Part shown: positions 1-9,595 of the stretch, piece by piece
Layout of the letters: each line of letters begins with the position of its first letter
Numbering within the stretch: the first letter of the stretch is position 1
Source: an uncultured Planctomycetaceae bacterium
GTDB lineage: Bacteria; Planctomycetota; Phycisphaerae; SM23-33
Direction: 5' to 3'
Assembly: GCA_964401385.1 (NCBI GenBank)
Contig: CAYNYF010000005.1
Span: 5,810 to 69,809 of the forward strand
Length of the DNA stretch: 64,000 nucleotides
The notes under the pieces: model-generated
Told to the model about the DNA's origin: nothing
What the model saw: only the letters and a program-made list of their open reading frames with translations
The model's database searches: none
Made by a program: the position numbers and the translations under genes

Positions 1-1791
1 GGGCGTGTTCGGCCAGGTCCAGGAGTGCTTGCCCCAACTGGCGGCGAAGGCGCGCTTCGTCCGAACCATCGCCCGGAAGAACCGCGGGAACGGCGGCCAG
101 CCCATCTCCGTGTTGTGGGCGCCGGTGGACGAGCGGATCAGCAGGTACGGCATCTCCCTGCGCGGGTCCAGGCTTACGTAGTTGCCGTAGTCCTGGCGAT
201 AGTAGACGTTCTCCTGGTCGGGGCGGTCGGCGTAGGCGCGGGGCGGGCCCCAGACGCCGTTGGCCCGGTTCCAACACTGGAACCCCTTGGTGAACTCCGG
301 CTGCCCCCAGCCGACCAGCCAGGAGTACAGATCCGGGCGCTCGATCTCCATCATGCCCCACACACCCATGTTCACGTCGATGCGCTGCTCGTCGATCGCC
401 CACCTGGACTTCACCCAGCGGATGAGCGCCTCCTGCCGGCGCTGGGCGAACGGCCGCCACTTGCCGTGCTCGATTCCCTTGAGCGTGGCGTAGGCGTCGT
501 TGATGCCCATCCAGTACGACATGGGCTGCTCGTCGGACGGGGTGAGGATGATGTGGTTAAACGGGCTGTTGGTCGACGTCGGCTGGGGATAACTGGACCA
601 GTCGTTCTTGTGCGAGACCTGGAGCCGCGCCGGCTTGGCCAGCGAGTCGGGGCAGTACTGCACGATCACGTCGTAGCGCAAGGGGCGCGGGCCGAGCGGC
701 TGATCGGCCCAGTAGGAATGCCACTGCTCCAGATGGGTCTGCTTGTCGCGGCCGACCTGGCGGACGATCTGCTTGTACATGACCGGCTCCGGCGGGGCGA
801 CCTTTTCCTCGATGGGACCAGCGGTGTTGGCCTGGGTCAGATCGGTGGTGTTCGCAACGCCGTTGACGCAGGTGACCACGGCGTAGTAGCCCCGGCCGGG
901 CTTGCCGACCATGTGCACGTACACGCCGGTGCCGGGCGGGACGGACTGCTTGCCGTCGACGCCGACGCGCATCACCCGAAATTCCTTGTCCAGCACCGAC
1001 CGCCCGGTCTCGCCGATGGGCCAGCGGATAACAGTCCGCGTGTTGATGCACGAGCCGGGCACCAGCTCGCCCAGCAGCTTCGCGGCGCCGATGCTGGCGG
1101 GCGTGATGGGCTTGTCGTGGCGATACACGCGGTAGCGAATCTCGCGCTTCTCGTCGTCGGGGACGATCGCCTCGGCGCTGTAGGACTTGATCTTCTTTTT
1201 CAGCTCGACCCAGCGGAACGCCTCCTTGCCCTCGCAGAGGTCTTCGATCTCCTTGAAGGTGATGAACACCTGCCCGCTGCGATACAGCGCCCGCACGCCG
1301 GCAACCTGCTCGGGCGGGTCCTTCAGCTTGCCCTCATAGGTGATTTCAAGGATGGTTCCATTGCGGTCGTAGCGAGGGGCGCTGCGGAGCAGAAGCGAAA
1401 CCACTTTCTTGGGCGAGCCGGCCTGGCGGCGGACGACGTCGGTGACGTCGAACCAGCGATAGTACGGCGGCGCCAGTTGCAGCGGCCGGTCGGCGAGCTT
1501 GACACCGCCTTGCTCGTCCCGGCTTTCGACCGCGACCGCGTCGAAGCCACGGTCGTACGAGCCACTGTTCCGCCGGAAGAGCAGCCGCGCGCAGTAAATC
1601 TTCGCCCGCCGGGGCAGGGCCGACAGGTCGAAGACCAGCAGCCGGCCCTGGCTGCCGAGCAGCTCGTATTTCAGCGCCTTGGGGTGCTGGAGCCGCCCCG
1701 AGACGCCCCAGCGCTCGACCACCACGTCGGCCCGCGCCGAAGCGGCCGCCAGGAGCAGCAGCCCAATGGCAATCGGCCCGGCCCGTCTCAT
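1..1791 (-). CDS. Secreted hypothetical protein, partial (runs off the window start); paralog of the next gene
   Basis: Read by hand from the reverse complement: ATG at 1789-1791 (plus-strand cat), no stop down to position 1. The product begins MRRAGPIAIGLLLLAAASARA (signal peptide). It shares blocks with the 1788-3695 product, e.g. PPGTGVYVHMVGKPGRGYYAVV versus PPGTGLYVHNPAKPGKRYYAVV, and GQVFITF versus GQTFITW. Its ATG overlaps the upstream gene's TGA (ATGA coupling). Missing from the ORF track because it exits the window. The track's 25..2100 + ORF is its antisense. Confidence 0.6.
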   Translation of the reverse strand, partial: MRRAGPIAIGLLLLAAASARADVVVERWGVSGRLQHPKALKYELLGSQGRLLVFDLSALPRRAKIYCARLLFRRNSGSYDRGFDAVAVESRDEQGGVKLADRPLQLAPPYYRWFDVTDVVRRQAGSPKKVVSLLLRSAPRYDRNGTILEITYEGKLKDPPEQVAGVRALYRSGQVFITFKEIEDLCEGKEAFRWVELKKKIKSYSAEAIVPDDEKREIRYRVYRHDKPITPASIGAAKLLGELVPGSCINTRTVIRWPIGETGRSVLDKEFRVMRVGVDGKQSVPPGTGVYVHMVGKPGRGYYAVVTCVNGVANTTDLTQANTAGPIEEKVAPPEPVMYKQIVRQVGRDKQTHLEQWHSYWADQPLGPRPLRYDVIVQYCPDSLAKPARLQVSHKNDWSSYPQPTSTNSPFNHIILTPSDEQPMSYWMGINDAYATLKGIEHGKWRPFAQRRQEALIRWVKSRWAIDEQRIDVNMGVWGMMEIERPDLYSWLVGWGQPEFTKGFQCWNRANGVWGPPRAYADRPDQENVYYRQDYGNYVSLDPRREMPYLLIRSSTGAHNTEMGWPPFPRFFRAMVRTKRAFAASWGKHSWTWPNTP

Positions 1792-3695
1792 TTCGAAGCC
1801 TCCTGGGCGCTCTGGCCTTCGGCGGGCCCGCCTGCCTCCGGCAGGTGGGCAGGCGGCAACTGGGACGGCCTGGCGATCTTCACCACCAGCGGCCCGCCGG
1901 AGAGCTTGAGCTTCTCCAGCGTCATGAGCCCGTGGGCGTCCACGATCACCTCGCCGCTCTGGGCCGGGGCGGTCTTGCCGCGCCTGTCGGGCAGGGAGAC
2001 GGCCGAGAAGGCCAGCTTGTCGCCGGGCTTCGGTTTGAACCTGCTGAGCCGGCGCGGCGTCAGGTCGAAGGTGCTCGCCCGGCCGGTGATGGTGATCTGA
2101 AAGCCGTCCGGGGCGTCCTTGATATCCTTCCAGGCGTAGACGGTGTTGGTCTGGCCGCCGCCTTCGCCCTCCTTGTCCAGCGAGGAGTTGGCGAAGGCCG
2201 GAACGGGCGTGTCGCGGCGGATGTCCAGTCCCCGCCACAGTCCGGTGTAGCGGTCCGGCGGGGCCAGGGTGCCGCCCCAGGCCCAGTGGGCGTACAGCGG
2301 CTGGCGGGCCTTATGCATGGCCGAGTAGAGCCGCCCGCGGCCCTTGCCCCAACCCTTCACCCGGCCCCAACTGCCGCCCTTGCAGACGAACAGCGGCAGG
2401 TCCCTGGCCGCATTTTCCAGCACCACCTTGTCCAGCTCGGCCCAGGCCCACTCGCCCCGGCCCTTATCGTCGGTGATCTTCGCGTCCTTCTCGCCCCAGG
2501 CGCGGGCGAACTTGCGGATGGACTTGCGGTCGAGCAGGCGGGCCTCAAAGCCGGTGACCAGCACGTATGCGAACTCGTCCGGGTAGCTCAGCGCCATCAT
2601 GGCCGCGCCGTCCCCGCCGACGGGGATGATCCGGTCCGGATCGATCGGGAGCTTCCTCTTGGCCCAGGCCAGAAAGGCGAGGATGCGCTTCTGGGTATGA
2701 TTGCTCACGCGGCCAGCCTTGGCGTCCTTGCCAGCGGCGAGGGCGTCGTTGTAGCCGTACCAGCCGCTGAAGGGCCAGTCGTGCGGGGCGATCTGCACGC
2801 TGCCGGCCATGTACTTGGCGTTCGGCTTGGCGTAGGAGTAGTTGCCGCTGTGGAAGTACAGCTCCACCGGAGCGGGCTTCTTGACCTCCGGCCTGCCTGC
2901 CTCCGGCAGGTAGGCAGGCGGCACGAGCACGGACCAGTTGAAATACATGTTCGGAAGCGGCGACAGCGGCGGGGCCGTCCACTGGACGTAGACCTTTCGC
3001 CTGCCGGGGTAGTCGAAGAACGGCCCCCACAGGCCGTCGCCCTGGCAGACCGGCTCGCCCGGGCCGACGGTCTCTTCGACCGGCTCGGTCAGGACGTTGG
3101 CCCTCAGCAGGCGCTCCTCGCCGCCCTCGCCGGCTAGGCGGCGGCAGACGACGGCGTAGTAGCGCTTGCCCGGCTTGGCGGGGTTGTGGACGTACAGCCC
3201 GGTCCCCGGCGGCAGCGGCCCGGCCTTTTCGTCGATGACGAAGCGCGGGATGGGACAGCGGTTCATCCGCGGATGGTCCATGTGCCACGAATACACGTAG
3301 CCGTTGTAGTTCCGCGCCAGCTCGCCCACCCGGTCGGGCTGGATCATGGCCTGGCCGATGAGGTACTCGACGTTTCGCCCGTTGACGTTGTAGCCGGATA
3401 GCGGGGCGACCTCGCCCAGCAGCTTGGCCTTCTTGAGGTTCCTGCCCGTGATCCGCTCGTCGTGGCAGTAGATGCGGTACGTCCAGGCGCCGTTTTCATT
3501 GGCGGCCTCGAGCTTGTCCTTGATTTCGCCCCAGGTGACCTTCTCGGCCGTGATCAGCGGCTCCAGCTCGCCCCAGGTGATGAACGTCTGGCCGGCGCGA
3601 TGGAAGGCGCGTATCTCACCTGCCGCCGACGCCGCCGCCAGCGCGATCGACAGGCCCGCCGCCGTAAGATACACGAAGCGCAGTTGTCTGATCAT
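1788..3695 (-). CDS. Secreted hypothetical protein (signal peptide), paralog of the previous gene
   Basis: 635-aa ORF with N-terminal MIRQLRFVYLTAAGLSIALAAASAAGE signal. AAGGAG-like RBS (aaggagatcgggcaATG) upstream. Paralogous motifs shared with the 1-1791 product. Its stop overlaps the next gene's start. Confidence 0.7.
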   Translation of the reverse strand: MIRQLRFVYLTAAGLSIALAAASAAGEIRAFHRAGQTFITWGELEPLITAEKVTWGEIKDKLEAANENGAWTYRIYCHDERITGRNLKKAKLLGEVAPLSGYNVNGRNVEYLIGQAMIQPDRVGELARNYNGYVYSWHMDHPRMNRCPIPRFVIDEKAGPLPPGTGLYVHNPAKPGKRYYAVVCRRLAGEGGEERLLRANVLTEPVEETVGPGEPVCQGDGLWGPFFDYPGRRKVYVQWTAPPLSPLPNMYFNWSVLVPPAYLPEAGRPEVKKPAPVELYFHSGNYSYAKPNAKYMAGSVQIAPHDWPFSGWYGYNDALAAGKDAKAGRVSNHTQKRILAFLAWAKRKLPIDPDRIIPVGGDGAAMMALSYPDEFAYVLVTGFEARLLDRKSIRKFARAWGEKDAKITDDKGRGEWAWAELDKVVLENAARDLPLFVCKGGSWGRVKGWGKGRGRLYSAMHKARQPLYAHWAWGGTLAPPDRYTGLWRGLDIRRDTPVPAFANSSLDKEGEGGGQTNTVYAWKDIKDAPDGFQITITGRASTFDLTPRRLSRFKPKPGDKLAFSAVSLPDRRGKTAPAQSGEVIVDAHGLMTLEKLKLSGGPLVVKIARPSQLPPAHLPEAGGPAEGQSAQEASK

Positions 3696-3729
3696 TGCCC
3701 GATCTCCTTGGCTTTCGTCAGAGCGGCGG

Positions 3730-6450
3730 CTACTTGGCGTCGCGCCAGTTCGGCCCGATGCCCAAGTCCACCTTCAGCGGGACCTTCAGCCGCATCGCCC
3801 TGGTCATTTCCTCAACAATAACTAACCCGTCCCGCTCGGCGGCGTCTCGCGGGGTCTCGAACAGCAGCTCGTCGTGGATTTGCAGCAGCATCCGCGACGG
3901 CCGGTGCTCCTCGGCCAGCCGGCGGTGAATGTTGATCATGGCGATCTTGATCAGGTCGGCCGCCGAGCCCTGGACGACGGAGTTGATGGCCAGCCGCTCG
4001 GCCAGCCGGCGGCGCTGCGCGTTGGACGAATCAACGCCGGCGATCGGCCGGCGCCGGCCGGCAAGCGTCTCCACGTAGCCGGCGGACTTAGCCTTCTGGA
4101 CGCAGGTCTGAAGGAACTCCTGGATCTTGGGGAACCGCGCCCTGTAGGAATCGATGAACGCCTGCGCGTCGCCGCGCGGAATCCGCAGCGTCTGGGAGAG
4201 CCCGTAGGCGGTCTGGCCGTAGATGATGCCGAAGTTGACCGTCTTGGCGCGGGCGCGCTGCTCGGGGTTGACCGCCTCGGGTTCGACCCCGAAGACCTCC
4301 GCCGCCACGATGCGGTGAATGTCCTGGTCGGCGTGGAAGGCCGCCGTCAGCGTCTCGTCTTCGCAGAGATGTGCCAGGATGCGCAGCTCCACCTGGCTGT
4401 AATCGGCCGACAGCAGCACGTTGGGCTCCTCGGCCACGAAGGCAGCCCGAATTTGCCGGCCGAGGTCCGTCCGCACCGGGATGTTCTGGAGGTTCGGATC
4501 GGACGAGGAGAGCCTGCCGGTGGTCGTGCCCGTCTGGTGAAAGCTGGTGTGGACCCGCCCCGTCTGCGGGTGGATGCACCCGGCCAGCCCCGTCAGGTAC
4601 GTCCGCAGCAGCTTGGTCACCTGGCGATAGTCCAGCACCAACGCCGGCACCTCGTGGTGAACGGCCAGCTCGGTCAGCACCGCCGAGTCGGTGCTCGGAC
4701 CGGTCTTGGTCCGCCGCAGGACGGGCAGCCCCAGCCGCTCGAAGAGCACCCCCGCCAGTTGCTTGGGCGAATCCGGGTTGAAGTCCACCCCGGCCGCGGC
4801 GATTATCCCGTCCCGCAGCTCCTCGGCGCGCTTGGCCAGCTTTACCTTCTGGCGGTTCAGCTCCGCCGGGTCGACGCGGACGCCGTGCCGCTCCATGCTC
4901 GCCAGCACCGGCATCAGGGCCATCTCGACGTCTTCGAACAGGCCGGCGAGCCCCTCTCGCCCCAGCCGCGGGCGGAGCAGATAGCTCAGCCGCAAGGTCA
5001 CGTCGGCGTCCTCGGCGGCGTAGACGACGACCTCCTCGACGGGCACCTCGCTCATTTTCCTCTGGGCCTTCCCCCGGCCGATGAGGTGCTCGATGGGGAT
5101 GCACTGATGATTGAGCATCTCGGCGGCCAGGGCGTCGAGCTTGAAGCTCCCGCGCTCGGCCTCCAGGACGTAGGCGGCCAGCATGGTGTCGAACATGGGT
5201 CCGGCCAGCGGGGCGCCGAAATTTTCCAGCACGATCGCGTCGTACTTGAGGTTGTGGCCGATCTTCTCCACCCGCGGATCGGCAAAGATTCCGGCGAGCT
5301 TTCCCCGCGCCAGCTCCCTCTCGAGCGTCTTTCCGCCCAGCGGCGCCGCCAGCGGGATGTAGACGGCCTCTCCCGGCCGCCAGGAAAGGGATATGCCGAC
5401 CAGGTCGGCCCACACCGGCTGGACGGAGGTCGTCTCGGTGTCGACCGCCAGACGGGAAACGTCCTTCAGCTCCTTCAGCATCGCCTCGAAGGCCTTCGGG
5501 TCATCCACGCAGCGATAGGCGAAGTCCTTGGCCGTGGTCTGCCCCGCCGGCGCGGCGGCCGCCTCCACGCCCTCGCCAACCGCGGCCGGCTCGCCCAACA
5601 GGTTCAGTCGCCCCAACAGCCGCTGGAAGCCCAGCTCGGCCAATATCAGCCCGGCCGTGGCCGCCCGCAGGCCGCGAAACTCGAATTGCGGCAGGTCCAG
5701 ATCCATCTCCACGCGGTCGTTCAGCGTCACCAGCTCCTTGGCCAGAGCCACGTCGGCGGCGTGCTTGCGGACGTTCTCGGCCAGCTTGGGGGTCAACTCG
5801 TCGGCGTGGGCGACGACGGCCTCGGCCGAGCCGAAGCGACCGATGAGCTCGACCGCCCTTTTCGGCCCCACGCCGGGGATGCCGGGGATGTTGTCGGCCG
5901 AGTCGCCGGAGAGGGCCTGAATCTCGACGGCCTTCTCCGGCGGGTAGCCCTTCAGTTGCTCCAGCCGGGCGGCGTCGATGACCTCGGACTTGGTCGGGTC
6001 GTACAGCACCACGTCGCCGCCCAGAAGCTGCTCCAGGTCCTTGTCGCGGCTGACCAGGACGATACGGACGCCGCTGTCGCCCAGCCGCCGGACGATGGTG
6101 GCCATGATGTCGTCGGCCTCGGCGCCGGTCTTTTGCAGCAGCGGCACGCCCAGGGCCTGGACGACCTGGAAGATCCGCTCGATCTGCGGGGGCAGGTCCT
6201 CCGGCGGCTTGGCTCGCTGGGCCTTGTATTCGGGATAAATCTCGGTTCGGTGCAGGTGTTCCCGGCCGCTGTCCATGGCCACGGCCAGGTAATCGGGCTT
6301 TGCCTCGGCGATGAGCTTCAACAGCATGGAGGTGAACACGTAGGTTGCCCGCGTCGGCTCGCCCGCGGGGCTGGTCAGGTCGCGGAAAGGGGCGTAGTAG
6401 GCGCGGAAGATCTGCCAGTGCCCGTCGACAATATAGAAGGACTTTGACAA
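3730..6450 (-). CDS. polA: DNA polymerase I
   Basis: 906-aa product with a 5'-3' exonuclease N-terminus (FYIVDGHWQIFRAYYA), 3'-5' exo region and Pol A-family motifs (DYSQVELRILAHL, KTVNFGIIYG). Apparent TTG start at 6448-6450 with GGGAGAG RBS. Confidence 0.95.
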   Translation of the reverse strand: MSKSFYIVDGHWQIFRAYYAPFRDLTSPAGEPTRATYVFTSMLLKLIAEAKPDYLAVAMDSGREHLHRTEIYPEYKAQRAKPPEDLPPQIERIFQVVQALGVPLLQKTGAEADDIMATIVRRLGDSGVRIVLVSRDKDLEQLLGGDVVLYDPTKSEVIDAARLEQLKGYPPEKAVEIQALSGDSADNIPGIPGVGPKRAVELIGRFGSAEAVVAHADELTPKLAENVRKHAADVALAKELVTLNDRVEMDLDLPQFEFRGLRAATAGLILAELGFQRLLGRLNLLGEPAAVGEGVEAAAAPAGQTTAKDFAYRCVDDPKAFEAMLKELKDVSRLAVDTETTSVQPVWADLVGISLSWRPGEAVYIPLAAPLGGKTLERELARGKLAGIFADPRVEKIGHNLKYDAIVLENFGAPLAGPMFDTMLAAYVLEAERGSFKLDALAAEMLNHQCIPIEHLIGRGKAQRKMSEVPVEEVVVYAAEDADVTLRLSYLLRPRLGREGLAGLFEDVEMALMPVLASMERHGVRVDPAELNRQKVKLAKRAEELRDGIIAAAGVDFNPDSPKQLAGVLFERLGLPVLRRTKTGPSTDSAVLTELAVHHEVPALVLDYRQVTKLLRTYLTGLAGCIHPQTGRVHTSFHQTGTTTGRLSSSDPNLQNIPVRTDLGRQIRAAFVAEEPNVLLSADYSQVELRILAHLCEDETLTAAFHADQDIHRIVAAEVFGVEPEAVNPEQRARAKTVNFGIIYGQTAYGLSQTLRIPRGDAQAFIDSYRARFPKIQEFLQTCVQKAKSAGYVETLAGRRRPIAGVDSSNAQRRRLAERLAINSVVQGSAADLIKIAMINIHRRLAEEHRPSRMLLQIHDELLFETPRDAAERDGLVIVEEMTRAMRLKVPLKVDLGIGPNWRDAK

Positions 6451-6606
6451 GCTCGCTCTCCCGTAATTTCCATGAAGCTACCCTGCCGCGCCGGGCGGGT
6501 CAACGCTTGGCGGCAGCGGGGCGGGAACGAAAAAGATGTTGACTAGGCCCCGCCCGGCAAAGATACTGCCCGTAGCTGGAAGCGACCTAACCGGAGTCCC
6601 CAAGGC

Positions 6607-6632
6607 TGCTCCCGACCGGCCGTTCGGGAGCA
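6607..6632. promoter_or_regulatory. GC hairpin (9-bp stem tgctcccga/tcgggagca, 8-nt loop) in the polA/6707 divergent intergenic region
   Basis: Inverted repeat read directly from the sequence. Lies about 75 bp upstream of the 6707 start codon. Function unknown. Confidence 0.25.
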
Positions 6633-6706
6633 ACGCCCTGATAAGATCCAAAGTTACGGGTTATGGTCGAGTCTGAGACTTCGGTCGGCAACAAAGGAGT
6701 CGGCGA

Positions 6707-8068
6707 ATGGCACGCGTTGTCCAACGACGTGGCACCCCACCGTACCTGCTGATCTTGTTCGTGCTGCTGTTCCTCACCGCCACGACGCTGGCGGTGCTTT
6801 TCTACGTGCGCTATGACGAGAAGATCCAGCAACTCACGACAAGCAATTCCAGGCTCCGCGATCAGAGGCGAAAGGTCAGCGACGAGAAAAAGCAGAAGGA
6901 CCAACTCATCGCGGTCATCGTCGGTCGCGACGCCGAAGGCGTCAAGGCGGACGCCGCCGCGGCCGCGGCGAAAGAGGCGCTGACCGGCCCGCACGCCAAG
7001 GCCTGGCAGAACGACGGACTGGCCGCGGCCGTCGGGGGCCTGGAGGAGCTGATCGGCGACCCGCAGACCAAGACCAGCGGTTTCCTCAAGGACATCGGCG
7101 ACCTGAATGTCCGCGTCAGCAGCCTGGAAGGAACCATCAAGCAGAAAGACGCCGCCATTAAGAACGCGCAAGGCAAATACGACAAGCTGGCGACGGACTC
7201 GGCCGCACAGCTTGCCAAGGCGCGAAACGGCTTCCAGGCGGCTCTCAAGGCCAAGGACAACCAGCTCCAGCGCGCCGTCGACCAACAGAAGACGGACATC
7301 GCCGACAAGGACCGGCGAATCAGCGTGCTCGCCCAAGAGATGGAGCAGGCACGCAACGACATCCGGGAGCGCGACCGGCTGATCCAGAAGTATCTGCAAG
7401 AGATCGCCGATCGCAGGCCCAAGGCCCAGACCGGCGCGCAGCCGCGCAGGCCCGACGGGAAGATCCTAAAGGCCCTGCTGGACCAGCAAATTGTGTACGT
7501 GGACATCGGCGAAAAGGACCACGCCAAGCCGGGGCTGCCGCTGGCGGTGTATTCTTCCCAGACGGGCATACCCGCCGACGGGGTGGGCAAGGCCCAGATC
7601 GTGGTCAACAACGTCTTCTCCACCACCAGCGAGTGCCGCATCGTCAAAGCCAAGAAGGACGACCCGATCATCGAGGGCGATCTGGTGGCCAACGTCGTCT
7701 TCGACCCGGCGCGAAGCTACAAGTTCGTCGTCGAGGGTGATTTTGATATCTACGGCGAGGGGCGGACCGACCCCCGGGCCAAGGAGTACATCCGGACCAT
7801 GATCGATCGCCTTGGCGGCAAGCTGGTGGACGAGATCGCCGTCAGCACCGACTTTGTGGTGCTGGGCGAGGAGCCCCCGCGGCCGCCCAGACCCGAGGCG
7901 GACGCTCCCCCGGGAGACTGGCAGCTCTACACCCAGAAGATGAAGAAGTACGATGACTATACCCGCATAAAGGGCACGGCCCTGCGGCTGCAAATCCCCA
8001 TCATGAACACCACCCGGTTCCTCGCCTTTACCGGGCTGGTTCCGATGAAACGACTGGTCGAGCAATAG
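6707..8068 (+). CDS. Membrane-anchored coiled-coil protein with a BRCT-like C-terminal domain
   Basis: AAGGAG RBS 7 nt before the ATG. N-terminal TM (YLLILFVLLFLTATTLAVLFYV). Long K/E/Q-rich heptad region. C-terminal block YKFVVEGDFDIYGEGRTDPRAKEYIRTMIDRLGGKLVDEIAVSTDFVVLGEEP fits the BRCT pattern (F.G...R.e....I...GGk......T..vV.Gee). Confidence 0.7.
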   Translation: MARVVQRRGTPPYLLILFVLLFLTATTLAVLFYVRYDEKIQQLTTSNSRLRDQRRKVSDEKKQKDQLIAVIVGRDAEGVKADAAAAAAKEALTGPHAKAWQNDGLAAAVGGLEELIGDPQTKTSGFLKDIGDLNVRVSSLEGTIKQKDAAIKNAQGKYDKLATDSAAQLAKARNGFQAALKAKDNQLQRAVDQQKTDIADKDRRISVLAQEMEQARNDIRERDRLIQKYLQEIADRRPKAQTGAQPRRPDGKILKALLDQQIVYVDIGEKDHAKPGLPLAVYSSQTGIPADGVGKAQIVVNNVFSTTSECRIVKAKKDDPIIEGDLVANVVFDPARSYKFVVEGDFDIYGEGRTDPRAKEYIRTMIDRLGGKLVDEIAVSTDFVVLGEEPPRPPRPEADAPPGDWQLYTQKMKKYDDYTRIKGTALRLQIPIMNTTRFLAFTGLVPMKRLVEQ

Positions 8069-8131
8069 CGGCGGCAGGAGGCAAGCTCTTTCGCCGGGTC
8101 GGGAAAGAGCAGCGAACTGTCAGGTCATTCA

Positions 8132-8160
8132 AGTCCCCGTCGCCAGCGGCGGGGACTTTT
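8132..8160 (+). terminator. Intrinsic terminator-like hairpin (agtccccg...cggggact followed by tttt) between convergent genes
   Basis: 8-bp GC-rich stem, 10-nt loop, T-tract. Sits directly after the 6707-8068 CDS and overlaps the stop of the convergent 8159-9595 CDS. Confidence 0.5.
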
Positions 8161-9595
8161 ATGCGCGGCGGCGGGCGCCACGGCCGCGGAGGAGGAGGAG
8201 CGCCGCTGCCGCCAGAACCAGCAAGGCGACCGCGGCCGGCTCCGGAACGGCCGAGCCCCCCCCCAGGTAATTGTCGCCCCAGATGGTGTAATCGCCGCCG
8301 TCGATCAAACCGTCTTCGTTGAAATCGGCCTCCCCCCAGCAGCCCGGCTGAAGGCAATGGTCGGCCCATATTGTGTAGTCCCCCCCGTCGACCGCCCCGT
8401 CGAAGTTGGCGTCGCCCGGCGTGGCCGGCAGGACCACGATGATGGCGGCGTCCTGCGGGTAGCGCATGTCCACGTACCACTCCACCACGGGCGTGTCCTC
8501 CAGCCACATGGAGGGGGAGAACATGCTGTTGCCCAGGATGGCGTCCAGGTCGCCGGGCATGTCCTCGTCGGGAATGATGAACACCGCGGTGTTGCCGATG
8601 GCGAGCACGTCGCCCTCACGCCCATGACCGAGGTCCAGCGCCAGGGCGTTGAGGAACCAGCCGGGGGCTTCGCTCTGTTCGCCTCCCACCCCGCTGACGG
8701 GCAGCGTCAGCTCCGGCGTGGACTCCACGTCGATGCCGGCGGCGACGGCGAAGCTCTCCGAAACGAAGTTCGCCGGCGAGCCGGTGTCGAAGATGGCCGT
8801 GGCGGTCGCGAACGGATCCGAGGCGGTCCGGCGAATGTGGATCGGCAGCATGGGGTGCTCGCCGACGTCGACGGCCTGCGGGTCCTCGAAGAACGGCTCC
8901 AGCGTCACCGGCACGTACAGCGCCCGCGGGTCCGTCGGCGGCGGCAGCGGGCGCTGGAGCGAGCCGGCCATCACCATCAAGGTGAACCGCAGCATCTCCA
9001 GGTAGTGCGGGTCCACGTGCAGCACCCTGCCCTGCATGTTGGTCATGCCGATGATGTCGAAATCGATCCCAAGCAGGCCGCCGCCGATGGGCTCTAACGC
9101 CGCGGCCATTCGCGTCGCCGGCGACGCCGGCCCGGTGTACGGGCCGTGCAGGCCGTACAGGCCGGGGTTTTCCGGGTCGCCCGATTCGAAGGCCGTCTTG
9201 AAGTCGGCCATCATGATGTCCACCGGCTTGGTGACGGCGAAGTCCACCGTGCCGCCGAAGCCGACGTCGGTGAACTTCACCTCCGGGTACGGCTGGAGGG
9301 GAATCCCCACGCCGTCCCAGGCGGCGTAGGACTCCTGCGTGGTCATCCCCAGGATGCTGGCCGACGCGCCGGTGTCGCCGATGGCGACCCACGCCCGGCT
9401 GGGAGAGCCGAACAGATCGGCCCCGAGGTACCAGGAGCCGTCGGCCGGGTCCACCAAGCCGTACAGCAGCCCCACGTAGCCCAGCCCCACCGGGCCGGCC
9501 GCCCGGAGAACAACGTGGTCCGCCCGGGCCGGCCTCCGCCCGCCCAGAAACAAGAGCACACAGCACAGCGCGGACATGGCCGCCAAGCGCCTCAT
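8159..9595 (-). CDS. PEP-CTERM-anchored secreted protein with a pepsin-like double-DTG aspartic protease signature and two dockerin-like Ca-binding repeats
   Basis: Signal peptide. AIGDTGAS (D74) and AIFDTGSP (D270) lie about 196 residues apart, as in A1 pepsins. C-terminal DANFDGAVDGGDYTIW and EADFNEDGLIDGGDYTIW repeats. Ends with a VPEP-hydrophobic-RGRGARRRA (PEP-CTERM) tail. GGAGGA RBS. Confidence 0.8.
   Translation of the reverse strand: MRRLAAMSALCCVLLFLGGRRPARADHVVLRAAGPVGLGYVGLLYGLVDPADGSWYLGADLFGSPSRAWVAIGDTGASASILGMTTQESYAAWDGVGIPLQPYPEVKFTDVGFGGTVDFAVTKPVDIMMADFKTAFESGDPENPGLYGLHGPYTGPASPATRMAAALEPIGGGLLGIDFDIIGMTNMQGRVLHVDPHYLEMLRFTLMVMAGSLQRPLPPPTDPRALYVPVTLEPFFEDPQAVDVGEHPMLPIHIRRTASDPFATATAIFDTGSPANFVSESFAVAAGIDVESTPELTLPVSGVGGEQSEAPGWFLNALALDLGHGREGDVLAIGNTAVFIIPDEDMPGDLDAILGNSMFSPSMWLEDTPVVEWYVDMRYPQDAAIIVVLPATPGDANFDGAVDGGDYTIWADHCLQPGCWGEADFNEDGLIDGGDYTIWGDNYLGGGSAVPEPAAVALLVLAAAALLLLRGRGARRRA

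Noticed and set aside
25-2100. 691-aa plus-strand ORF at the window start
   Set aside because: Junk-like translation (R/P/G/V-rich, DALLVD-type antisense patterns). The opposite strand encodes two sensible paralogous secreted proteins in the same interval, so it is the antisense shadow of real genes.
3874-6447. 857-aa plus-strand ORF
   Set aside because: Antisense of polA, whose product has unambiguous Pol I motifs.
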